A stretch of DNA of 64,000 nt from an uncultured Mycoplasmatota bacterium (lineage in GTDB: Bacteria; Bacillota_I; Bacilli_A; RF39; UBA660), in contig CAOJZZ010000001.1 of the NCBI GenBank assembly GCA_948466315.1, positions 16,931-80,930 of the forward strand. The letters run 5' to 3'. The notes beneath the pieces were generated by a model. The model had not been told where the DNA came from. It did not search any database and saw nothing but the letters and a program-made list of their open reading frames with translations. Made by a program: the position numbers and the translations under genes. Shown here piece by piece: positions 49,300 through 60,298 of this stretch; the stretch's first letter is position 1; the number at the start of each line of letters is the position of its first letter.

Positions 49300-50694
49300 A
49301 TGAATACAGAAAATACTGATGAAGTTGTGTATTTACATTTAGATGACATCATTCCAAATAGATTCCAACCACGGGAAATTTTCGATGAAAGGGCGTTAAA
49401 GGAATTAGCCGTTTCAATAAAAGAACATGGTGTAATTCAGCCTATCATTGTAAGAAGCGTTAAAGGAAAATATGAAATTATAGCTGGAGAGCGTCGATAC
49501 AAAGCCTCTGCATTAGCTGGTCTTACTAAAATACCAGCAATTATAAGAGATTTAGATGACAAAGAAAGTTCAAAAGTAGCACTATTAGAAAACCTTCAAC
49601 GAAAAAATCTAACTCCAATTGAAGAAGCTAGAACATATCAAAAGATCCTAGAAATAGATGAGATGACTCAAGAAGAACTAGCAAAAACAATGGGAAGAAG
49701 CCAATCATCTGTTGCGAACAAACTACGTTTATTATCTTTACCAGATGAAATTCAAGATGCTCTATTAAAAGAAAATATCTCTGAACGTCATGCCAGAGCG
49801 TTGTTAAACATACCTGAACCAAAAAAACAAAAAGAAATGTTAAAGAAAATAATAAATAATAAAATGAGTGTTAGATCAGTAGAAGAAGAAATAAAAAAAT
49901 TATATCCAAAAGAAGATAGTAAAGATGAGGTTAATGCAAATATGGATAGTGAAATAATAGGTGTACCATCATCAGCTGTTATAGCATCAACATCAGACTT
50001 TGTTAATACTAATCCATTACTACCAACTACAGATATTCCAGAAGAAGATGAGGATAATTATGGAAAAGTAAGAATAGTTCCACCAAAAGAAGAACAATCT
50101 GAAGAAAATACTAAATTTATAAATTATGGAGAAATCAATGATGAAGAAGAGGAGGAGGAGGAAGACTCTGATATGTCGCTAGACTTTACTGGAGTACCTA
50201 ATCAAATTGATGTAAATAAAATCAAAGAAAATGCTGTTGATATTAGTAGTCAAAAAATATCTAGTAATGCTCCAACAGCCGACTTAGATAGCCTTTTGAA
50301 TTTAAAAGCACCAACAAATCAATCATCTTCAAATGATAGTGGTTATAAATTTATAACCCCAGCAGAAGAAATAGTCAAAACAGATGCTAATAAAGCAAAA
50401 AATGAAAAAATAGGTGATTATTTTAAAACACCAGATTTAGTCTCTGTAGAATTGCCATCAGAAGTTCAAACTTCATCGACTGCTAATGTCTCACTAGATT
50501 CGATTCTAAATCAAGCAGAAGCTAAAAAGAAAGAACAAAATAAATATACTGTTGAGCAAGCTATTGAAAAAATAAATCAATTAGTAGAAGATTTGAAAGA
50601 ACATGATATTAAAGCGGAAGTAGATGAAATGGATTTTGATAAATCTTATCAAATTATAATTAAATTTAATAAAAATCAAGAAGAGAAAAAGTAG
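49300..50694 (+). CDS. noc: ParB/Noc-family protein with a ~260-aa acidic low-complexity C-terminal tail
   Basis: The N-terminal ParB domain contains IVRSVKGKYEIIAGERRYKA and an HTH. It is followed by a Glu/Asp/Ser-rich tail including EEEEEEEEDSD. It occupies the noc position after rsmG. Confidence 0.75.
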   Translation: MNTENTDEVVYLHLDDIIPNRFQPREIFDERALKELAVSIKEHGVIQPIIVRSVKGKYEIIAGERRYKASALAGLTKIPAIIRDLDDKESSKVALLENLQRKNLTPIEEARTYQKILEIDEMTQEELAKTMGRSQSSVANKLRLLSLPDEIQDALLKENISERHARALLNIPEPKKQKEMLKKIINNKMSVRSVEEEIKKLYPKEDSKDEVNANMDSEIIGVPSSAVIASTSDFVNTNPLLPTTDIPEEDEDNYGKVRIVPPKEEQSEENTKFINYGEINDEEEEEEEDSDMSLDFTGVPNQIDVNKIKENAVDISSQKISSNAPTADLDSLLNLKAPTNQSSSNDSGYKFITPAEEIVKTDANKAKNEKIGDYFKTPDLVSVELPSEVQTSSTANVSLDSILNQAEAKKKEQNKYTVEQAIEKINQLVEDLKEHDIKAEVDEMDFDKSYQIIIKFNKNQEEKK

Positions 50695-50780
50695 CGAAAA
50701 ATCTACTTTTTTTGCTAAAAGCATTTAAAAAAAATATATTATTTGATACAATAATAAAGAAAATGGAAATAGGTGATAAG

Positions 50781-51569
50781 ATGGGAAAGGTTATATCATT
50801 AGTAAATCAAAAAGGTGGCGTAGGAAAGACAACAACAAGTATCAATCTTTCTGCATCATTAGCAGTATTAGGGAAAAAAGTATTATTAATAGATTTGGAT
50901 CCACAAGGAAATACAACTACTGGTGTAGGAATAAATAAAGGAGATATCGAAAGAAGTGTTTATGATGTATTAATAGGTGAATGTAAAATTACAGAAGCTA
51001 TGATAAAAACAAAATATAAAAATCTTTATGTTTTACCAGCTACCATAAATCTTGCAGGATTAGATATTGAATTAGTTGAAAAGAGTAAACAAGAAAATGG
51101 TTTTCAAAAAGGAGAACAATTGAAGATTAATATAGCAGATATTAAAGAAAGTTTTGACTACATAATAGTAGATTGTCCACCATCATTAGGCGTAATTACT
51201 ACAAACGCCTTAACAGCCTCAAACTCAGTAATAATTCCGGTTCAATGTGAATTTTTTGCTTTAGAAGGAATTACTCAATTATTGAAAACAGTTATGTTAG
51301 CTCAAAAAAATTTAAATCCAACTCTAGATATAGAAGGAGTACTATTAACTATGCTAGATTCTAGAACCAACCTAGGTTTTGAAGTTGTTGATGATATTAG
51401 AAAATTCTTTAAAGAAAAAGTTTATAATACAATAATACCAAGATTAGTAAGATTAACAGAAGCTCCATCACATGGAGAACCAATAATAGCATATGACCCT
51501 AAAAGTAGAGGATCAGAGGCATATATGAACCTAGCAAAGGAAGTGATAGAAAGAAATGGAAGCAAATAA
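50781..51569 (+). CDS. soj: chromosome partitioning ATPase ParA/Soj
   Basis: The deviant Walker A motif KGGVGKTT. The likely start is the ATG at 50781 with RBS AGGTGA; the track begins at 50712. Confidence 0.95.
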   Translation: MGKVISLVNQKGGVGKTTTSINLSASLAVLGKKVLLIDLDPQGNTTTGVGINKGDIERSVYDVLIGECKITEAMIKTKYKNLYVLPATINLAGLDIELVEKSKQENGFQKGEQLKINIADIKESFDYIIVDCPPSLGVITTNALTASNSVIIPVQCEFFALEGITQLLKTVMLAQKNLNPTLDIEGVLLTMLDSRTNLGFEVVDDIRKFFKEKVYNTIIPRLVRLTEAPSHGEPIIAYDPKSRGSEAYMNLAKEVIERNGSK

Positions 51570-52458
51570 TCAGAATAGTAAAAGAAGAGCCTTAGGTCGA
51601 GGATTAGAAGAATTATTCTATAATGAACCAATTGATTATAATAAGGTAGAAGAAAAGATTATTGATACCACTCCAAAAGAAGAAATCACGATGATAAAAT
51701 TAGATGAATTAAGATCTAATCCATATCAACCAAGAAAAATATTTGATCAGGAAGCTCTAGAAGAGCTAGCTGTTTCAATCAAAGCGCATGGTGTATTTCA
51801 ACCTATTATCGTAAAGCAAAGTATTAAAGGGTATGAAATAATAGCTGGTGAGAGAAGAGTAAAAGCATCTAAAATATCTGGATTAACAGAAATACCAGCC
51901 ATTATTAGAGACTTTAATGATACTCAGATGATGGAAATAGCTTTACTAGAAAATCTTCAAAGAGAAAATTTAAGTGCCATAGAAGAATCATCAGCATATA
52001 AAAAATTAATAGAGACTTTAGCAATTACTCAAGAAGAATTAGCCAATCGCTTAGGCAAAAGCAGAAGTCACATTACTAATATGTTAGGATTATTAACACT
52101 TCCTGAAGAAATTCAAATAGCAATCGGCAATAAAAAAATATCTATGGGCCATGCTAGAGTATTAAGTAAATTAAAAGATAAAAATCAACAACAAGAACTA
52201 GCTGAAAAAATAATAAAAGAAGGTCTAAGTGTACGTCAACTAGAGGACTTAACTAATTCAAAAGAAGAATTTGTAAGAACTCATAAAATTAAAAAGAATA
52301 AAAATGACTCTAATGAATATCAATACATTCAAGAAGAAATGTGTGAGAAACTAGGAACAAAAGTAAAGGTAAAACATAATAAGATAGAAATTAGTTTTGT
52401 CAATGGAAATGATCTAAATAGATTGCTTGAAATAATGAATATACAACTAGGAGGTTAA
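51556..52458 (+). CDS. spo0J: chromosome partitioning protein ParB/Spo0J
   Basis: ParB motif IIVKQSIKGYEIIAGERRVKA plus an HTH. Confidence 0.95.
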   Translation: MEANNQNSKRRALGRGLEELFYNEPIDYNKVEEKIIDTTPKEEITMIKLDELRSNPYQPRKIFDQEALEELAVSIKAHGVFQPIIVKQSIKGYEIIAGERRVKASKISGLTEIPAIIRDFNDTQMMEIALLENLQRENLSAIEESSAYKKLIETLAITQEELANRLGKSRSHITNMLGLLTLPEEIQIAIGNKKISMGHARVLSKLKDKNQQQELAEKIIKEGLSVRQLEDLTNSKEEFVRTHKIKKNKNDSNEYQYIQEEMCEKLGTKVKVKHNKIEISFVNGNDLNRLLEIMNIQLGG

Positions 52459-52459
52459 A

Positions 52460-53278
52460 ATGATAGATTTATTTGGCATAATTAAAATAGAATTAAAACA
52501 AATTCTTTTACCCATTATATATATTATATTAGGTTTTATAATATATAAAATTATTAAAAGAATTATAGATAATATGACTAAAAGCAGTAAAAAGAATTTG
52601 AAAAATCACCAATATCAACGTGTTAACACTATAAAAATGTTATTATTAAACATTATTAAATATGTAATTTATATTTTAGTAATTTTAGCAGTTTTAGCAG
52701 TTTATGGTGTAAATGTTAGTTCACTAATAGCAGGATTAGGTATAACAACAGCAATATTAGGTTTAGCCCTTCAAGACTTAGCTAAAGACTTTATTGCTGG
52801 AATTTCTATCATTACTGAAGCTCAATATGAAGTAGGAGATACTATTGAAGTAGATGGTTTTATGGGTGAAGTTATATTTATCGGATTAAAAACAACAAGA
52901 ATAAGAAATTATAAAGGAGCAACTAAAATTATAGCCAACCATAATATGGATAAAATTATTAATTATAGCCTTCATAATTCATTAGCTGTTGTTGATGTAA
53001 GTGTTGGTTATGAACATACTCCAGAAGAAGTAGAAGAAGTACTAAATAATTTATCTAATAATTTAAAAGGACAGATAAAAGAAGCAAAAGGAAACATTCA
53101 AATATTAGGTATTACAGATTTAGATGATTCAGGAGTAATATATCGAGTTACTGTCGAAGTAGATTCAATGAAACAATATATTGTTGAAAGATACTTGAGG
53201 AAAGAAATTCAAAAAGCCTTCGACAAAGCAAAAATAAAAATTCCATTCCCTCAAGTTGAGGTGCATAATGGAAAATAA
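52460..53278 (+). CDS. MscS-family mechanosensitive channel
   Basis: Three TM helices followed by the MscS beta-domain (GDTIEVDGFMGEVIFIGLKTTRIRN). Confidence 0.8.
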   Translation: MIDLFGIIKIELKQILLPIIYIILGFIIYKIIKRIIDNMTKSSKKNLKNHQYQRVNTIKMLLLNIIKYVIYILVILAVLAVYGVNVSSLIAGLGITTAILGLALQDLAKDFIAGISIITEAQYEVGDTIEVDGFMGEVIFIGLKTTRIRNYKGATKIIANHNMDKIINYSLHNSLAVVDVSVGYEHTPEEVEEVLNNLSNNLKGQIKEAKGNIQILGITDLDDSGVIYRVTVEVDSMKQYIVERYLRKEIQKAFDKAKIKIPFPQVEVHNGK

Positions 53279-53468
53279 TAAATTAGATTATACACTAGGT
53301 ACTAAAGTAATAATGAAAAAACAGCATCCATGTGGTACAAACGAATGGGAAATTACAAGAATTGGTGCTGATATAAAAATAAAATGCCTAAATTGTGGCA
53401 GAACTGTATTAATACCTAGGATTGAGTTTAATAAAAAAGTAAAAAAAATTATTTCTGAGGAAGGATAA
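53256..53468 (+). CDS. DUF951-family small protein
   Basis: 70 aa with a CxxC...CxxC arrangement (HPCGTNEWEI...CLNCGR). This is a typical origin-proximal gene in Firmicutes. Confidence 0.6.
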   Translation: MRCIMENNKLDYTLGTKVIMKKQHPCGTNEWEITRIGADIKIKCLNCGRTVLIPRIEFNKKVKKIISEEG

Positions 53469-53471
53469 TAT

Positions 53472-55067
53472 ATGAATGATAAAAGAAGACTTAAACTAAA
53501 AAAATTTTACCTTCATCCAATAACTGTTTTCATCTTTTTCATCTTTGTAGTAGTTCTTTTAAGTGGTATTTTATCGGCAATAGAAATGCAAGCTACTTAT
53601 AATACAATTAATGTAAATACTCATGAACTAGAACCAACTCTAGTAGCCGTAGAAAGCCTGTGTAATTTTGATGGTATAAAATATATTATTAGTAATGCTA
53701 CTAAAAACTTTTTAAGTTTTGCCCCACTAGGAATGTTAATAGTCTCTTTAATTGGGCTAACAATTGCTGAAGGAACGGGTTTTATTCAAACACTATCAAA
53801 AAGACATATAAAAAAGATACCTAAATCAACTCTAACATTTTTAATTCTTTTTATAGCAACAATATCATCATTAATAAACGAGGTAGGTTATGCAATTTTA
53901 ATTCCTATGGTAGCACTGATTTATTTCATTATTGGAAGAAACCCAATATTAGGAATTATAACAACTTTCTGTGGAGTATCCTTTGGTTATGGAGTATCAC
54001 TCTTTGTTGGTTCAACTGAGATTTCATTAATTAACTATACTGAAATAGCTGCAAAACTAATAGATGAAAATGCTCATATTGCCTTATTATCTAACTTAAC
54101 CTTTATTATAGCGGCATCAATCATACTCTCAATAGTTGGAACTATTATTATAGAAAAAATAATAGCTCCAAAAATAGGGAAATACAAAAAAGAAGAAGAA
54201 TTTGCTGAAACAGAGAAGTATCATATAATAAATATTGAAGACGAAGAACAAAAGCAAATAGAAAAAGAAAAATATGAAAAAAGAGGACTTCGTTTCGCTT
54301 TAATTATTGGAATACTTTTCATTCTCTTCTTTGTATATGCTCTAATACCAGATCTACCTTATTCTGGCTTATTATTAGATATGAGTGAAAAAACTTATTT
54401 AAATCAATTATTTGGTGACAATGCTTATCTACAAGATGGCTTTACATATTTGGTTGCTCTATTCTTTGCAACAGCAGGAGTAGCTTATGGCTTTGGAGCA
54501 AAAACAATAAAAAATGATAAAAACTTAATCGAAAATGCCAGTAAAAATTTCTCTAACATCGGAAGTCTCTATATTTTAATGTTTGTAGTTTCTCAGTTTA
54601 TTGCCATATTTAGAAAGACTAATGTAGGGATTATTATTACTGCCTGGTTAGCTTCTCTTTTAGAGCATTTAGAAATAAGTGGTATACCTTTAATTATAGT
54701 GGCTCTTCTACTAATAGCAATTTCTAATATTTTCTTAACTGGAACAGCAAATAAATGGTTGATATTTTCACCAGTAGTAGTCCCAATGTTTTTACAATCA
54801 AATATTTCAGCTCAATTTGCCCAAGTTGTAATGAGAGCAGGAGATTCAATGACAAATGGATTTACCCCTTTACTAGCCCCTTTTGTAATTTATATAGGCT
54901 ACTTAAATATCTATAATCTAAATAAGGAAAGACCATATACAATCAAAAAATCATTAAAAATGATTAGTCCATATTTTCTGTTAATATCCGCTACATGGAT
55001 TTTACTAATAATAGGATGGTATATTTTAGGTATACCAATAGGACCAAACGTTTACCCAACAATTTAA
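53472..55067 (+). CDS. polytopic membrane transporter, possibly AbgT family
   Basis: 531 aa with 12 or more TM segments. The segment FLSFAPLGMLIVSLIGLTIAEGTGFIQ resembles the AbgT/MtrF signature region. Confidence 0.4.
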   Translation: MNDKRRLKLKKFYLHPITVFIFFIFVVVLLSGILSAIEMQATYNTINVNTHELEPTLVAVESLCNFDGIKYIISNATKNFLSFAPLGMLIVSLIGLTIAEGTGFIQTLSKRHIKKIPKSTLTFLILFIATISSLINEVGYAILIPMVALIYFIIGRNPILGIITTFCGVSFGYGVSLFVGSTEISLINYTEIAAKLIDENAHIALLSNLTFIIAASIILSIVGTIIIEKIIAPKIGKYKKEEEFAETEKYHIINIEDEEQKQIEKEKYEKRGLRFALIIGILFILFFVYALIPDLPYSGLLLDMSEKTYLNQLFGDNAYLQDGFTYLVALFFATAGVAYGFGAKTIKNDKNLIENASKNFSNIGSLYILMFVVSQFIAIFRKTNVGIIITAWLASLLEHLEISGIPLIIVALLLIAISNIFLTGTANKWLIFSPVVVPMFLQSNISAQFAQVVMRAGDSMTNGFTPLLAPFVIYIGYLNIYNLNKERPYTIKKSLKMISPYFLLISATWILLIIGWYILGIPIGPNVYPTI

Positions 55068-55148
55068 CACCATTAGGTGTTTTTCTTTAACTTGTAAAAT
55101 AAAAGGGAAATATTAATATAATATCTTTAAGGAAGGGAAATAATTAAT

Positions 55149-55613
55149 ATGAAAAGATTAACAAAAAGATACCTAGTAGAAAAACTACCAAAAGAAAATA
55201 TAAGTGAACCATGGATTTATGAAAGATACTACCTAAATGATAATTTAAGAATTCAATCGAAAAATAATATTTATGAAAAAGAAATAATTTTATCAGATCA
55301 AAAAAGTATTATAGAAAGAATAACCAAAGAAGAATTTATAATTCTACAAAACAAATCATCTAAAAAAATTATCCGCAAAAGTTATTTATACTTAAAGGAC
55401 AAAAGAATATCAATAAAAGAATATGAACAAGACTATGCTCCCTTTATTAGAGCCGAAGTATCATTTTCTAAAAAAGAAGAGATGAATACTTATAGAAAAG
55501 AAGTATGGATGACCAAAGAAATAACCAATACACCTCTTGCCTTTGATAGTACTTTATATAAATTATCAAAAAAAGAATTTACTAATATTCTACATAAACT
55601 ACAAGAAGATTAA
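55149..55613 (+). CDS. CYTH-domain (triphosphate tunnel) protein
   Basis: The N-terminal KRYLVEKLPK...ERYYLNDNLRIQ follows the EIExKFLV..LP......I.Q.YL CYTH pattern. Confidence 0.5.
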   Translation: MKRLTKRYLVEKLPKENISEPWIYERYYLNDNLRIQSKNNIYEKEIILSDQKSIIERITKEEFIILQNKSSKKIIRKSYLYLKDKRISIKEYEQDYAPFIRAEVSFSKKEEMNTYRKEVWMTKEITNTPLAFDSTLYKLSKKEFTNILHKLQED

Positions 55614-55837
55614 TAATATAAAAAGAATACAAATTATAATAGATATTGTACTATAATGACTAAAAAGATTATTTTAAATATCTAATTTAATTTACTATTA
55701 TAATTACTGAACTAAATTGTTTTATCTACAAATTTTTCTATTAAAATATAAAACTTTAAATTATCCCTTTATTTTATATAGATATAATATAGCAATTCAT
55801 CACTTTTAAATATTCTTAATTGATTTCTTTTGAATTG

Positions 55838-55866
55838 TTGCGCATAAAGTAGCCATATGGTATAAT
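55838..55866 (+). promoter_or_regulatory. sigmaA-type promoter of ychF
   Basis: TTGCGC, a 17-bp spacer, then TGG-TATAAT (extended -10). Confidence 0.5.
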
Positions 55867-55899
55867 CTCAAGTGAAAAATAATAGAAAAGAGGATTACT

Positions 55900-57000
55900 A
55901 TGAGTTTAACAGCAGGAATTGTAGGATTACCTAATGTAGGAAAATCAACGTTATTTAATGCCATAACAAATCAAAAAATTTTAGCAGAGAATTATCCCTT
56001 TGCCACCATTGAGCCTAATGTAGGAGTTGTAACAGTAAAAGACCAAAGAATGGAAAAATTAAAAGAAATGTATAAACCTAATCGCTATATACCAACAGCC
56101 TATGAGTTTACAGATATAGCAGGACTAGTACAAGGAGCTTCAAAAGGAGAAGGATTAGGAAATAAATTTCTATCCCATATCAGAGAAGTAGATGCTATTG
56201 TCGAAGTGGTAAGATGTTTTGATGATGGAAAAATAATTCATGTTGATGGAAATATAGATCCAATTAGAGATATAGAAACAATTAATTTAGAATTAATTAT
56301 GTCAGATTTGGAAATTATTAACTCTAGATTAGAGAAAGTAGAAAAAAAGGCCAGAACCTCAAAAAATAAAGATGACGTATTAGAAGTAGAGATTTTAAAA
56401 AAATGTCAAAAGTCTCTTGAAGAAAACAAACCACTTCGTCTACTAGGATTAACTGATGAAGAAAGGCAACTTCTAAAATCATATAGTTTTTTAACTCTAA
56501 AACCAATAATTTATTTAGCCAATATTAAGGAAAGTGAATTAGGTCAAGGTGATAACGAATATCTCACAAAAGTAAAAAAGTATGCAGAATCAGAAAATAC
56601 TAAAGTTATCAGTCTTTGTGCTAAAGTAGAAGAGGAGTTAAGTGAACTAACAATTGAAGAAAAAGAAGAGATGCTAGAAGGATTAGGCCTAGATAGTTCA
56701 GGACTAGATAAACTAATAACAGCAACCTATGACATATTAGGTCTAGCCACATACTTTACAGTAGGAAAAGACGAAGTTAGAGCTTGGACTTTTAGAAAAG
56801 GTATGAATGCTAAACAATGTGCTGGAATTATTCATTCAGATTTTGAAAGAGGGTTTATTAGAGCCGAAGTAATATCTTATGATGATTTAATTGAATATGA
56901 AACAGAACAGAAGGTAAAAGAAGCTGGTAAAGCAAGACTAGAAGGAAAAGACTATCTCATGCAGGATGGGGACATTTGCCATTTCCGCTTTAATGTATAA
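55900..57000 (+). CDS. ychF: ribosome-binding ATPase YchF
   Basis: GLPNVGKST and the NxxE-type G4 motif, with a C-terminal TGS domain. Confidence 0.95.
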   Translation: MSLTAGIVGLPNVGKSTLFNAITNQKILAENYPFATIEPNVGVVTVKDQRMEKLKEMYKPNRYIPTAYEFTDIAGLVQGASKGEGLGNKFLSHIREVDAIVEVVRCFDDGKIIHVDGNIDPIRDIETINLELIMSDLEIINSRLEKVEKKARTSKNKDDVLEVEILKKCQKSLEENKPLRLLGLTDEERQLLKSYSFLTLKPIIYLANIKESELGQGDNEYLTKVKKYAESENTKVISLCAKVEEELSELTIEEKEEMLEGLGLDSSGLDKLITATYDILGLATYFTVGKDEVRAWTFRKGMNAKQCAGIIHSDFERGFIRAEVISYDDLIEYETEQKVKEAGKARLEGKDYLMQDGDICHFRFNV

Positions 57001-57355
57001 TATACTATATAAAATGAATTATATGATAATTCTAAATATCTAATTTTATGGATTTAAACTATTATAATAAATTAAACACTTAAAGAAAGAAAAATAACTT
57101 TTAAATTTAAAGATAATCATATATATTTTCTAAATTAAATGAAATCTTCTATAAAAAGGAATCATATTTAGAGAAAACTTCATGACTATATAAATTCCAA
57201 TACATATTAAGAATTTTCTGAGTTTAGGTAAAATTAATGAATCTATTGAAATATTAGTCTAAAATCAGTATATATAATAAACAATATACTTTTAATGATT
57301 TTATTATTTAGAATTAATTTTAGTAAAAAATAACTAAATTCAAAAAAATTTCTCC

Positions 57356-57384
57356 TAGACAAAGTATTTTTCTTTTGATATAAT
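57356..57384 (+). promoter_or_regulatory. sigmaA-type promoter of rpsF-ssb-rpsR
   Basis: TAGACA, a 17-bp spacer, then TATAAT. Confidence 0.45.
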
Positions 57385-57451
57385 ACCCTCGAGTATGAAA
57401 AATACTCCTTGCTACAATTGTAGCCGAATAGTCCAAAAGGAGGTGTATAAA

Positions 57452-57739
57452 ATGAATAAATATGAAATAATGTTTATTGTTAGACCAGACATGGAAGAAG
57501 TAGAAATCAAAAAGACTGCTGAGGAAATGAAAAAGGTTTTAACAGATAAAAATTCAAATATTATTGAAGAAAAACCAATGGGTCAAAGAGAATTAGCATA
57601 TGAAATAAATAAGTTCAAAACAGGTTACTATTATTTATACATAGTAGAGGCTAACGTTGAAGCTATAAATGAATTTGATCGTATTACAAGAATTAACGAA
57701 AATCTACTTCGTCATTTAATAGTAAAAGTAGAAGATTAA
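57452..57739 (+). CDS. rpsF: 30S ribosomal protein S6
   Basis: MNKYEIMFIVRPD. The RBS AAAGGAGGTG lies 7 nt upstream of the ATG at 57452; the track ORF starts earlier at 57395. Confidence 0.95.
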   Translation: MNKYEIMFIVRPDMEEVEIKKTAEEMKKVLTDKNSNIIEEKPMGQRELAYEINKFKTGYYYLYIVEANVEAINEFDRITRINENLLRHLIVKVED

Positions 57740-57757
57740 TAGAAAAAGAGGTAAAGT

Positions 57758-58255
57758 ATGAATAAAGTTTTTTTAATAGGAAGACTAACAAGAGATCCAG
57801 AATTACGTTATACTGGTAACAATACTCCAGTAGCAACATTTTCTCTAGCTGTGAATAGGAATTTCACTAATCAATCTGGAGAAAGAGAAGCCGATTTTAT
57901 TAACATAGTTGTTTGGAGAAAACAAGCTGAAAATGTAAAAAATTACTTAAATCAAGGTAGTCAAGTAGCTATTGATGGTCGTATTCAAACTAGAAGCTAT
58001 GATGGTAACGATGGACAAAAAAGATATGTTACAGAGATAGTAGCAGATAATGTTGAGTTTTTAGGATCCAAGAATTCCTCAAACAATTCTACAAATACAA
58101 ATGCCCCTGCTTCTAATAACACTAATAATAATGCAGGTCCAACACCATATGATTTTGGTCCAGAGCCAGAACCTAAAGGAACTAATGTAGATTCTAATCC
58201 TTTTGCTGACTTTGGTTCAAGCATTGAAATTAGTGATGACGAATTACCATTTTAA
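57758..58255 (+). CDS. ssb: single-stranded DNA-binding protein
   Basis: OB fold [19 protein letters not shown], a Gly/Asn-rich linker, and the C-terminal tip DDELPF. Confidence 0.95.
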   Translation: MNKVFLIGRLTRDPELRYTGNNTPVATFSLAVNRNFTNQSGEREADFINIVVWRKQAENVKNYLNQGSQVAIDGRIQTRSYDGNDGQKRYVTEIVADNVEFLGSKNSSNNSTNTNAPASNNTNNNAGPTPYDFGPEPEPKGTNVDSNPFADFGSSIEISDDELPF

Positions 58256-58270
58256 AAAGGAGGAATAAGA

Positions 58271-58492
58271 ATGGCTGAATTTAATAATCGTAGAAAGAAA
58301 AAAATATGTATGATGTGTGCTGGTAAAGCTAAAATAGATTATAAAGAGCCAGAAACTCTAAAAAGATATGTAAATGAAAAAGGAAAAATTGTTCCAAGAA
58401 GAGTAACTGGAAATTGTTCTTTTCATCAAAGATATACAGCAACTCAAGTAAAAAGAGCTCGTGCAATTGCACTTATGCCATATACTAAATAA
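58271..58492 (+). CDS. rpsR: 30S ribosomal protein S18
   Basis: A 73-aa protein of S18 length and basic composition, co-ordered with rpsF and ssb. Confidence 0.95.
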   Translation: MAEFNNRRKKKICMMCAGKAKIDYKEPETLKRYVNEKGKIVPRRVTGNCSFHQRYTATQVKRARAIALMPYTK

Positions 58493-58509
58493 TTATATAT
58501 AAATAAATA

Positions 58510-58543
58510 AGACTATTGAGTATTATAATCAATAGTCTTTTTC
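58510..58543 (+). terminator. rho-independent terminator after rpsR
   Basis: Hairpin AGACTATTGA / TCAATAGTCT followed by T5. Confidence 0.7.
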
Positions 58544-58690
58544 TATAAACAAAAACTACGTTATATAATATAATTTTTAAACTTTATTTTCTATAATATA
58601 AAAAATTCTAATCCAATTTCTATTTTTTACAATATTAGACAAAATAATGAATTTATTATATAATAAATATGAATTAAGCAGGAGGCCGAA

Positions 58691-59674
58691 ATGGGAATAA
58701 TAAAACAAAGGAAAGAATTAAATAAGTCTATAAAAAAAGCTAAAAATATATTTATAATGGCTCATCAAGATTTAGATTTAGATGCACTAGGCAGTTCTAT
58801 AGGAATGTATATACTACTAAAAAACAAGAAGAAAAATTGTTATCTAATAATAGATGATTCTACCCATGAACTAGGTGTAGAAAAAGTACTTAGAGAATTA
58901 GAAGGATGCCTTCAAATAATAAAAAGTGAAAGTATTGATAGATATTTATATCCAAGAGATTCTAAAAACTTACTGCTTATTTTAGATACTAATAAAGTGG
59001 ATTTAGTCCAAAGTAAAAACGTCCTTAAAAGGATTTCCAAAAAAATAATAATTGACCATCATGAGTTAGGTAAAACAACAATAAAAGATGCCATTATTAT
59101 AGATGATACAGAATCATCAAGTACTTGCGAGATGATCACAGAATTAATTGAATATTATGATATAGAGATCGAATCTTACTATGCAACTGTATTATTGTCA
59201 GGAATAGTCCTAGATACTAATAACTTTACTTTAAAGACAACACCTAATACTTATTATGCAGCCTACTACTTATCAAGTCTAGGAGGAAGTGCCAAAAAGG
59301 TTCAATACTTATTAAAACAGGATATTTTAGAATATACTGAAAGACAAAAATTATTATCTCATATTGAAACAATTAATAATAAAATAGCCTTCACTAAAGC
59401 AACATCATCAACTATATATCGTCGAGAAGACTTAGCTAAAGTAGCCGATACATTATTATTTTTCAATAATATAGAAGCCTCTTTTGTAATAGGAAAAATA
59501 GGTAAAGATACCATTGGCTTAAGTGCTAGAAGTTTAGGTAATTATGATATAAGTAAAATTTTAGTAAAATTAGGTGGTGGTGGTGATAATTATAATGGTG
59601 CTGCTAGATTCGAAAAAACAACTATCAGTAAAGTAGAGCAACAATTAAAGAAATTATTAAAAGAAAAAGAATAA
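58691..59674 (+). CDS. DHH/DHHA1 phosphoesterase (NrnA-like oligoribonuclease / pAp phosphatase)
   Basis: DHH motif IIDHH, with a C-terminal DHHA1 domain containing GGG. Confidence 0.7.
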   Translation: MGIIKQRKELNKSIKKAKNIFIMAHQDLDLDALGSSIGMYILLKNKKKNCYLIIDDSTHELGVEKVLRELEGCLQIIKSESIDRYLYPRDSKNLLLILDTNKVDLVQSKNVLKRISKKIIIDHHELGKTTIKDAIIIDDTESSSTCEMITELIEYYDIEIESYYATVLLSGIVLDTNNFTLKTTPNTYYAAYYLSSLGGSAKKVQYLLKQDILEYTERQKLLSHIETINNKIAFTKATSSTIYRREDLAKVADTLLFFNNIEASFVIGKIGKDTIGLSARSLGNYDISKILVKLGGGGDNYNGAARFEKTTISKVEQQLKKLLKEKE

Positions 59675-59846
59675 TACAATAGCATCCACAACAAAAATAA
59701 TTCATTCTATCATATATAAATATTATTGAATATTATATAAAACTAGTAATAATTTTAATTCCATATTTTAAAGTGTTAATAAACTAACCAAATATTAGTA
59801 TATAAAAAACATAATTTCCAAAATAAACAGAAAGGAATGATACAAA

Positions 59847-60287
59847 ATGGAAGTAATTTTTATAAAAGATTTAAAAAATCAAGGAAAAAAAGGTCAAATA
59901 AAACAAGTAAAAGATGGCTATGCTGAAAATTTCTTAATAAAAAAAGGTTATGCTGTAATCAAAAATAAAGAAAACTTAGCTAAACTGCAACATGAACAAG
60001 ATATAAAAATACAACAGGATAAAGAAGCTAAAGATAAAGCCAAAATAATAAAAGAAAAGATAGAAAAAGAAACCTTAGAATTTAAAGTAAAGACAGGAGA
60101 ACAAGACAGAGTTTTTGGTAGTGTTAGTATAAAACAAATAAAGGATCAATTAGAAAAAAAAGGCTACAATATAGAAAAGAGTCAAATTGATATACCAAAT
60201 CCAATAGCAGCTTTAGGTTTCCATAACATAAATATAAAATTATATCCAGAAATAACAGCAAAAGTAAAAATTCATGTAATAAAATGA
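59847..60287 (+). CDS. rplI: 50S ribosomal protein L9
   Basis: MEVIFIKDLKNQGKKGQIKQVKDGYAENFL. Confidence 0.95.
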   Translation: MEVIFIKDLKNQGKKGQIKQVKDGYAENFLIKKGYAVIKNKENLAKLQHEQDIKIQQDKEAKDKAKIIKEKIEKETLEFKVKTGEQDRVFGSVSIKQIKDQLEKKGYNIEKSQIDIPNPIAALGFHNINIKLYPEITAKVKIHVIK

Positions 60288-60298
60288 GGTGATAAACT

